The translations under genes and the position numbers were made by a program. Of a stretch of 41,215 bases of DNA, positions 34,501-41,215 are shown in pieces (within the stretch, counting starts at the first letter, position 1; each line of letters opens with the position of its first letter). The DNA comes from Perkinsus chesapeaki ATCC PRA-425 (lineage: Eukaryota > Protista > Perkinsozoa), in assembly GCA_013115145.1 (NCBI GenBank), contig JAAPAO010000306.1:1-41215 (forward strand), written 5' to 3'. A model generated the notes under the pieces. That model saw only the letters and a program-made list of their open reading frames with translations. It ran no database searches and had not been told where the DNA came from.

Positions 34501-36806
34501 TTATGTTTGTATCGGGTAGGTAGTACCATGTCAATATCCACTGCACTGGGGTCAGCATAGGTTGTACATATACTGTAATCGTTAGCGACGCTATTGTCGG
34601 TGACACCTTCCAGAGATATGCCATATATGACAGGTGCTTGAGGAAGGTTGCTAACATCAGGACTGGCCGAGGAGTTGCCGATGTGCTCACAGTCTTCTTC
34701 TCTAGTCACATCATTCAATAGAGGTTCAACCGTATCGGTGCTTGGTGATAGCCTTCTAGTCTCTAACTTACTAAAGAAAATATCCCACAACCTCCTCAGT
34801 TCGGGATCTAGAGAACCCAAGTTAACCAACCGGTCTTCCGTTTTAGAGAATAACCATAAGGTAGGATCGTTGAATTGGCGAAACAAGTCTGCGCTTACCA
34901 AGGCATCCTTGCTGAGGCCTCGGATAACAACCACGGGTGCTACAATGTGTTGAGAACCATGAACAAAGGTAAGGTTGTGGATAGGGCATTCTCGAATAGG
35001 TTTACCATCCGCCATCAAGGCTGTACAGAAGGACCTAGGCTTAGGAACATGGACCCCAGCGCTGATCAAACGCTCTACGAGACTTTGGCTCATAGCCGTC
35101 ATCTCAGCACCTGTGTCAATGAGGCCAGTGAAAGGGAAGGTACCGTTGCTCGAAAGAACTTTCAAAGTGGTTGATCTCAGTGAAGACGTAGGAACCGGAG
35201 TAGTAGTTCCCGCAATAAGAACATTCTCGAAAGTCAGCGATGTTGTGTTGGCCCTTTGCTTGTTGTCAGAATTACTTTGACTTGGTGGTAATGAGCCGGG
35301 GCAATGAAAAGGATGATGTTGACCTTCAGCAGCGCAGCGGGGGCATTTTCTATTTGTGCTTGCAGTGCATTTCGATGGGTCTTGACAACAGTTTTTACCG
35401 GATCCTATGGTTCTATTACAGTGGACACATCGACCATCCTTCTCGACAGGGTTCGGACTTGGACAGTTACGGTGATGGTGACCTGGAGGTTCGACTGTAT
35501 CTAGGCACCTCAAACAGCTCCAACGCTTGGGCTTGGAAGGCGCTGGCCTTCGGTCTCCACGTCTACGCTCTGGCTGGCGATTATCCGGAGCCACGTAGTT
35601 AGCATCGACGGAGTTCACGGCCTTAGAGCTGACAAGATGACCCGACTTACGATGAGCCGTAGCAAGCTGTCGAACTCGGTCTAGTTGTATCAGCTCATGT
35701 AGTAGTCCGTGGTAGCCGACAGTAGACATCTTCGTTAAACCAACTTCTCTATGCACATTCGGCAAGGTCATTAGTAGCTTATGCTTCAATACACGATCGT
35801 CAATAGGAGAACCTTGGAGTCTTTCGACCTGTTGTCTTGTTTGCTCGAAGAACTTGAGGTACTCCGACAAAGACTGCTTATCACCCATAACTAAAGAGTT
35901 CCACCGGAATAGAGCTTGGACGAGCTCGGTCTCAGAAGAGTACTCGTTATGCAGAAGGGAACAGAGACGATGGACTTCAGAACCATAAGCCGCGGCGCTA
36001 GGTTGAGGTTGTGGACATATTTTCCGGCGAACCTCTTCTGATACTATCCTTATTAAGAAGAAATAATACTCGACAGCCGTCCATGCATTATAGGCCGCAG
36101 CTTCATTAGCTGCTTTCAGTATGTCGCTGATCGGGCGGACGTCATCAATACCAGAAAAGATCTTGCCGTTCGGCACAGCTGCAGCATTCGCCGCAGTTCG
36201 GGCGTGATGGATCACCTTACCGTCCACCGGGGAATGTTCATTAGGCAATACAACATATAAGGGTTCCTCGTAGTAAACACCTGAAGTAGATACCGGCGCC
36301 GCACCAGATACACCTAGGGGAGATTGGGGGCTCGTAGCTTGCTTGTGTGCGGACTTCACTGGTGACGTTCTAATACCGGTTTCACCACCCTTAGAACTCA
36401 AGCTCATGAATTCCTTGGCCAGGTCATCTTCGGGGGCGGGTCCTTCTTCAAAATGTTTTGGAAGCTCTGGTAGTTGCAAGTCAACAGGGATATCTTCAGG
36501 TAGAAGAGGGTCTCCTTGTGAGCCTATGCTCTTTCCGATGGGGACCGTATCAGCACTGACCCGCCAGTGGGCCTTATGAGCTCCGGAAATCCAAGCTCCC
36601 AGATATGGCTTATTAGCGAGGTTAAAGAAGTGAACGTCGTCGCCGAGGAGTTGTGCGCTTGCAGTAGCCAGGGGCGCTTCCACTATTATGAAGAGGGCTT
36701 GGCCTGAATCTGATGCTCGAAGAACATAACCGGGGACAAATCTGTCCTTGTTCGGAACCTTGAAGTACCGTAGGGTAGGTGAAGTAGATGTTGAAGTAGA
36801 GGGCAT
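31542..36806 (-). CDS. Bel/Pao gag-pol polyprotein (Gag, Cys/His knuckles, PR, RT, RNase H, IN)
   Basis: LIDTGAE; FPVVRK..VRPVFDGS, DFQAAFLQV, YQRVLFGL..SP, LMDD; Pao-type RNase H FVDAS..PRMELDA..TDS..NPADLPSRG; IN H..HHG..C..C, VDHCG, TDRG..(35)..WER. First ATG after the LTR is at 36806. Confidence 0.92.
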   Translation of the reverse strand: MPSTSTSTSPTLRYFKVPNKDRFVPGYVLRASDSGQALFIIVEAPLATASAQLLGDDVHFFNLANKPYLGAWISGAHKAHWRVSADTVPIGKSIGSQGDPLLPEDIPVDLQLPELPKHFEEGPAPEDDLAKEFMSLSSKGGETGIRTSPVKSAHKQATSPQSPLGVSGAAPVSTSGVYYEEPLYVVLPNEHSPVDGKVIHHARTAANAAAVPNGKIFSGIDDVRPISDILKAANEAAAYNAWTAVEYYFFLIRIVSEEVRRKICPQPQPSAAAYGSEVHRLCSLLHNEYSSETELVQALFRWNSLVMGDKQSLSEYLKFFEQTRQQVERLQGSPIDDRVLKHKLLMTLPNVHREVGLTKMSTVGYHGLLHELIQLDRVRQLATAHRKSGHLVSSKAVNSVDANYVAPDNRQPERRRGDRRPAPSKPKRWSCLRCLDTVEPPGHHHRNCPSPNPVEKDGRCVHCNRTIGSGKNCCQDPSKCTASTNRKCPRCAAEGQHHPFHCPGSLPPSQSNSDNKQRANTTSLTFENVLIAGTTTPVPTSSLRSTTLKVLSSNGTFPFTGLIDTGAEMTAMSQSLVERLISAGVHVPKPRSFCTALMADGKPIRECPIHNLTFVHGSQHIVAPVVVIRGLSKDALVSADLFRQFNDPTLWLFSKTEDRLVNLGSLDPELRRLWDIFFSKLETRRLSPSTDTVEPLLNDVTREEDCEHIGNSSASPDVSNLPQAPVIYGISLEGVTDNSVANDYSICTTYADPSAVDIDMVLPTRYKHKIKWLRPKPTNNVQALRKQADRLEARLRREGILDLYDAEIKKFEQKGYIKPIDPNYAKFCLNHFPVVRKHGNELSSMKVRPVFDGSSLRGIVSPNISDSDKQHVTSSIYLLRRFRHFISCDFQAAFLQVEYESEEDRRYLCFWWRGILYSYQRVLFGLPDSPGALIHSLDDNLCTSRAEIRQALQVDDTGEYGLRILMDDLSIGASSHHLAHEVLKIVLRNAAKRGFEENEAKRVESEGGSAKSGSMLGYHWSSNDDTLIISACASATRLLESVETVGDYRKFLATFFDPCGLYLEYMMKARLHLQESGMAGKTNKLTAEQKSTIQDWLSMLRSASPVPRLLYPDNHDFDTIIAFVDASNKASAVIVETLGGCRIWARGFVTPVDVKPTAPRMELDALCTSSTLLKNFIVDVTDYWGINKLIICTDSEVNLARLRRTSTTIKTPDELVRQRRVIKIRNTVHELQQKTSVRVLFTHIEGALNPADLPSRGKISEDIHRSAREAYVSYLVGLLRSPDTSSIENLPSFYTLPQDYTPIPIPSKLTPAHPEAVLAIKASQMNSENDAAAGDDGYQVYQNEDIASQLHQQRRLSRAFREWQKYCMSLGDPHHQQDPILSPLVMVVGKAQHRYGQARLLRAPFTSIDDNGLIVRHCRQDTNGLVHPQYVVPPKDRPLQRLIVKTVHGHFHHGVNATYNELVKMFHWPGIRPMVAKVVTACGVCIKIRPRRLAIQGSTPKKIDRVPWSTIGVDHCGAYDNNGDKQKYLVVCTDLLTGYIDAEPTTSTTAMQLITAVKRIFSRSGIPRRICTDRGQAYLSGVFRLFTSTLNIQHHLVPPGSPHYGGKWERSHGPLNENLKMLRTTQSRLDWRTLVAEAVSLSNRRPRWSTISSWDLMHTYPQDQTQLCAPRPERLLEEWIEGFWEDDRARVRERLGDKAKEVNVGDHVYLRTPSPMKLGELARGPYVVEEVRGHTYLSTNKKIQQPLYKLITTK

Positions 36807-36823
36807 TATCCCGGTAGAAGAAA

Positions 36824-37039
36824 TGTCGCGATTTACCAACGCGGTAGGAGTGTAGATGAATAACGCCTCGGGTAGAGGTAAAAAAAGGTGCTTGAAACTC
36901 TCCTAATCTATGAGTACAACGTCACGCTGGGATAGCGTCACGTCACGTGACGCGCCACGGCGTGCTTTAGATGGCGCGGCTCTATAAAAGGAGCGTCACG
37001 GCGCGTGACACCGTCTACTTGCTGAGTTTAATCAGCACA
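36824..37039 (-). repeat. 5' LTR of Bel/Pao element
   Basis: 216 bp; differs from the 3' LTR only at ggtgcttga vs ggtgtttga. Confidence 0.97.
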
Positions 37040-37043
37040 GCTT

Positions 37044-38603
37044 AAAAGCACTCTGTCATGTACTCCGTTCGTGTCAGAGGCGGCCAAAATCGAGTTTGTC
37101 TTTCTGAGCTTGAGGGGGCCAGCTCAAAAATATGCTAGAAAACAGGCTGCCAAAGCTGAAATATATGAGATGGATTCCGGTGAAGGTTACAAGACTCTGT
37201 TAAAGATTTTGGATGACAAATATGATAATCTGAGAGCGAGAAGATCTGCACTGCACGAGTGGGAAAACCTACGCCAACAACCATCTGAGACGGTGAAGCA
37301 ATATTATCAACGCTTCGAAGAAGCAGTGCTACAACAGGAGGACGCGGGTAGAAGCGACCTCACGGTTGAACTAAGGAAGGAGAGGTTCGGCAAAGGACTT
37401 ACTTCAATCGCAGGCTTGGCGGCCAGGGCAATGGTAGACCCTCTAACACATCTAACTTTTACTCAGTATTCTGAAATGGTATGTGGCTATGCGCAATCAT
37501 TCGAGGCATTTCCATCACTAATAGGATATGGTAAATCCTCACCCGCAGCGCAAAAACCTGTAAGAACACAACTCATGGCTGCGGATATGAAAAACTCTGG
37601 TGGTGGTAACCCTAATGATATGAAAAACTCCGGCGGTGGTAAACAATATACGTCAGGCAGCGATCCGCATTGTCGTCGGTGTGGAGCCAAAAATCACACC
37701 GAAACTTCATGCTGGTCGGGCACTATTAAAGATAAGGAGAGGAGATGCTCGAAGTGCGGGAACTATACTCACCGCAGAAAAGACTGTCCTGATAGGGACG
37801 CCAAATGCCTGCGTTGCGGGCAGAACGGGCATACAGCACAGATTTGTTGGTCGAAGATTCGCCCGGGATCGACTCAATCACGACCGTCGAAGGAAGCCAG
37901 TCATGAGACAATGCAGACAACATCCGAGGTGACGGCTGACAACGAGGCTGAGGTGAAGAAGATCGACTCGGCGGCGTCGACCATCGAAGTGTGCAATGAG
38001 GGCGCCAAAGTGGAAGGAAAAATAGAGGACTTTGTTGACACCAACGCCCCAACTATATCACTGCGGGTGGGCGAGAAACCTCCCGCAGGACAGAAGGCGG
38101 ACTGCGTGCACTTGGATGCGCTCATCGACAGTGGAGCGGGAGCGTGCTTCGTACATGCGGATCTGATAAAACTTCTTATAAAGCATAATATCATATCGGA
38201 GGATGGCATATGCAGCATCAAAGGTGTGGTGGTTACCTATGCAAATGGGGATAAGGCAAATTGCACTAGCGCGGTACGGTTACCTATACGGCCGAATGGC
38301 GACTCTCTTCATGATACTAAATGGTTACCTTGCCTCATCTCCGATACCTGTCAACATTCACTGGTCATTGGGAGACCAGGTATGAGAGTTCTGGACATAT
38401 CTATAACGGCGCTTAATGGTGGTGACTTCGAGCAATACAGCCAGGTCCCCAATCGAATGTCCGTTTTATCTATGGTGGCATATCATGCCATAGAACCCAC
38501 CCTATGCAACAAAAGACCACATGAGGATACTGTTGATACCGACTACACCTTCGAGACAGTGAAAGACTCTACCGGCCAGAGTCTGGCCGCCAGACTCGGC
38601 TAA
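37044..38603 (+). CDS. 3' part of host gypsy gag plus aspartic protease
   Basis: In frame with 30413-31174 once the nested element and one TSD copy are removed (FITEL|KSTLSCTPFVSEAAK); CRRCGAKNHTETSC, CSKCGNYTHRRKDC, CLRCGQNGHTAQIC; LIDSGAG. Confidence 0.88.
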   Translation, partial: KSTLSCTPFVSEAAKIEFVFLSLRGPAQKYARKQAAKAEIYEMDSGEGYKTLLKILDDKYDNLRARRSALHEWENLRQQPSETVKQYYQRFEEAVLQQEDAGRSDLTVELRKERFGKGLTSIAGLAARAMVDPLTHLTFTQYSEMVCGYAQSFEAFPSLIGYGKSSPAAQKPVRTQLMAADMKNSGGGNPNDMKNSGGGKQYTSGSDPHCRRCGAKNHTETSCWSGTIKDKERRCSKCGNYTHRRKDCPDRDAKCLRCGQNGHTAQICWSKIRPGSTQSRPSKEASHETMQTTSEVTADNEAEVKKIDSAASTIEVCNEGAKVEGKIEDFVDTNAPTISLRVGEKPPAGQKADCVHLDALIDSGAGACFVHADLIKLLIKHNIISEDGICSIKGVVVTYANGDKANCTSAVRLPIRPNGDSLHDTKWLPCLISDTCQHSLVIGRPGMRVLDISITALNGGDFEQYSQVPNRMSVLSMVAYHAIEPTLCNKRPHEDTVDTDYTFETVKDSTGQSLAARLG

Positions 38604-40905
38604 GACTGAGGGTGCCCCAGATAGAGAAGGCGGGGGTTATGCCCCATGCGGAGCCGATAAGGCCACGCAGTTATACTGATGCGAGGATCCTTCACCACCG
38701 CTTCTTACAAATGGAGAAGGAAGGAAAGGTTGAGAGGGTCTCTGTCAGTGAGGCAGTGGTGCAACTTGAACCGGTGCTGGTAGATAAACATCAACATGCT
38801 GGGGATAAACCCAGGATATATCCAGTGGACGCGGATGAGCTGAAGACCAGATATAGAGTGACCTTAGATATGAGACCTGTCAATAAGATGGAACTAGCAA
38901 CTGATAACAAAGAGTTTATGTGGCTACCTAATAAGATGGCGTCGAGGGTCCGAACGGCGAAACCAACTGATCAGAAACAGCACCAGTCGAGTGCTCAAGA
39001 TATCCTGAGATCCATACCTGAAGATTGTACCTCTTTCTACGCAAAGATAGATTTGAGCGAGGCGTTTTACGCCATCGAAACCCCTAATGGAATCAGGAGA
39101 TTGGCCAGTACAAGAACCCAAGCTGATGATGGAAGTTCAGTATTCTGGCGTTTCACACGTTTGGTGCAGGGCTGGACATGGAGCCCTATATACTTTAGCA
39201 GAGCCGTCCAGTATACACTCGACATCATCCGGGAAAAACTCCCAAAAGGAGTAGTGGTGAGACATTATCAAGACGACCTACTGGTATGTGGTTCCAACGC
39301 CGACGATGTCAACTCTGCTCTTGTCGAGTTGAGCTCCGCTTTTGTATCATACGGCTTTCATGTGAATGAGAAGAAGACTGTGTATGCCACAGATACCATC
39401 GTTTTCTGTGGATTCCTTCTAAGCAAAGGTTATTATCGACCTTGCCCATCGAGGAAGAATCTGTCCAAAGACGCTGCCGAGGCAGCATGGCTCGAATTCT
39501 GTGGGTTCATCAAGAACCGCGCAGAGAGGCAGGCAGCCTGGTTGCGCTCATGGACGGGCCGATTCCAGTTCTTGAGAGGCTGGCTTACCCCACAGTTGAT
39601 GGAAGACCTCAGCAAGATGTGCAGCTACATCAAGACTACGCAGAGTGGTATTGTGGTATCTAACACTGATGAACAGCTACAGGGAGCATTCGAGCGCCTG
39701 TGCGAGCATGTTATCGCTGGGCGACTACCAGCCCTACGTTTCGGTATTCCCGGTCCACGGTCCCTCGGGACCATCGTCTGCACAGACGGCAACAAAGAAT
39801 CTTGGTCTGGTATTATCCTGAGACTGTACGATGCGGACACCGAGGAAGACCAGAACATTTCTACGTCTGACGACGAGCGCCTGAACAACGCCGTAGATGA
39901 ATTATTGACAGTACTCAAGTCAAGTGGGCGATATAAGGCCAAAAATTTGGTAGAACCCATCAGGATAGTGGGAGGCCGATTTACGGCAACTGAGTCGACG
40001 AGCTCATCTACATGGAGAGAGAGAGCAGCCCAGCTAATGGCAATACATGAAGCCCAAGGATATCTGACAACACCGGTGACTATAGTAAGTGATAATATGA
40101 ACGTTGGTCGAAGATGGGGTGACATCCAAGAAAACTTCGGCGGCAGATGGTTAAACCTGATCGCTTTGTATGATCGCACCGTTACTGACATGATCTGGGT
40201 GCGTCGGGATGGCTTACCAGCGTTCACCGATGCGTTGGCCAGAGTCTTCGCGGGGAGGGGAGAGCAGTGCGAGGGGGCGACCCCAATAGCACGGGACCCC
40301 GGGATCCTAGTCGACTCTGGCAACATCGAGGTCGAGATCCAACCAACTCATGTGGATTATGCTAATGATATAAATGTAGACGACGACATCGCCTATGACG
40401 ACACACCTACTTCAGACCGACTCTCCGAAATCTCCTTTGGTGAAGACACCGATGGAGACAGTCAGGGTGACGTGGAGACCAGAGCGGTCTTGGAGAATCT
40501 GAGAGCCGTATACCAGAGCGCTGAACTGAACAACTTCCTCGAGGAGATCAAAAATGCGCAGAGTCTGGACGAGGAGACGAAGTACCTGGGAGTACGGCTA
40601 TCATTGGTGCGGCAGTATTTACTGGGCGACGCCATTGACCACAACGACAAGTTAACCATTGACCGAGTCAAAAAGGTGACCACACGCTTCCTGGTAGAAG
40701 CCGGTATCCTGTTCTATAGAGGCCGGCCAGGTGTGAAACTGGTCGTGCCTAAGGCCAAAAGCAAGGAGCTGTCGACAGGAACGGGGTTACCTTGGCTAAG
40801 GTCATGGGTGTTATGCAAGTACCACGATCTGACGGCCAACTGCCACAGAGGCACCGCGCGGCTCGCTGAAGCAGTATTGAGGCTTCATTGGTGGCCCAAA
40901 GGGGT
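38537..40905 (+). CDS. Host gypsy pol (RT-RNase H-start of integrase), in the -1 frame relative to gag-pro, 3'-truncated
   Basis: Frame open from 38537; YQDD RT motif; RNase H D-E-D-D residues; integrase HH..WWP without the CxxC or DDE core. Confidence 0.85.
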
Positions 40906-40907
40906 GA

Positions 40908-41215
40908 GTATCATATCGTACAGTGCAAGCTGGTACATAGCCAAACTCGTACGCAGTTAAACTGGTACAAACTTATTTCGTACAGCATAAATTGTTTCAG
41001 TGTCATGTCGTACAGTTGCAACTCGTGCAGTGTCAAATGGTACAGTTTCAACTGTGTTTGTGGCAGTTGGTACAGTGTCATTTCGTCTTGTTGCACTTCG
41101 TACAGTGACATTTCGTACAGCTGTATCTCATACAGTTGCAACTGGTACAGTATCACTACGTACAGTTTCAACTCGTACAGTGTCACTACGTACAGTTTCA
41201 ACTGGTGCAGTGTCA
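40908..41215. repeat. Degenerate 15-bp tandem array (~20 units, consensus gt(g/t)tca(a/c)ytcgtaca), runs off the window
   Basis: Periodic gtaca-gt cores every ~15 bp; the minus strand reads as xxLY(E/Q) pentapeptides. Confidence 0.92.

Larger units (their letters stand above)
31175..37039 (-). mobile_element. Full-length Bel/Pao-type LTR retrotransposon, recent nested insertion
   Basis: 216-bp LTRs 31175-31390 and 36824-37039 (TG...CA, one mismatch); 4-bp TSD GCTT (31171-31174, 37040-37043); PPT gggagga on the minus strand (31391-31397); single long gag-pol ORF. Confidence 0.93.
30234..40905 (+). mobile_element. Ty3/gypsy LTR retrotransposon (host element), interrupted by a nested Bel/Pao element and truncated in the integrase
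   Basis: gag with three CX2CX4HX4C knuckles, protease LIDSGAG, RT (KIDLSEAFY, RLVQGW, YQDD), RNase H (TDG, ERAA, SDN, DALAR), then integrase zinc-finger start H..CHRG..WWP; order PR-RT-RH-IN. Confidence 0.88.

Noticed and set aside
36807-36839. ORF-track start of gag-pol at 36839
   Set aside because: It is a non-ATG codon inside the 5' LTR; the first ATG is at 36806.
37587-37650. Short tandem duplication encoding DMKNSGGG twice in gag
   Set aside because: Real, but an ordinary slippage duplication in a flexible linker.
40908-41215. Possible CRISPR-like array
   Set aside because: Units are degenerate 15-bp tandem repeats without unique spacers; no cas genes; eukaryotic context.
1-41215. Dinoflagellate/perkinsid spliced-leader exon (CCGTAGCCAT...GGCTCAAG), rRNA or intact tRNA genes
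   Set aside because: Not seen on either strand by eye; the two tRNA-like pieces do not form complete cloverleaves.

Overview
Eukaryotic DNA, most consistent with a Perkinsus-like alveolate. This is inferred from tiny 41-65 nt GT-AG introns, flagellar/apical genes (SAS6L, CCDC40), a subtilisin and a TylF-type methyltransferase. An AT-rich, microsatellite-laden core (~2.6-29.5 kb) holds ten intron-containing genes plus an aspartic-protease relic. It is flanked by GC-richer transposon clusters. Left: the 3' end of a Ty3/gypsy LTR element inserted just before the catalytic GTS motif of a subtilisin, then a 1.3-kb long-TIR TA-flanked DNA element sitting 11 bp upstream of the Mpv17/PMP22 start codon. 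Right: a Ty3/gypsy element whose gag is split by a young, intact, Bel/Pao-type LTR element (216-bp LTRs with 1 mismatch, GCTT target duplication), and whose integrase is cut off by a 15-bp repeat array. The most striking result is a hand-spliced ~1,450-aa gene (29390-24207, minus strand) joining a DIPP-type Nudix hydrolase to an IP6K/IPMK-type inositol phosphate kinase, i.e. a candidate bifunctional inositol-pyrophosphate kinase/phosphatase. All calls come from motif recognition and manual splicing; no database searches were run.
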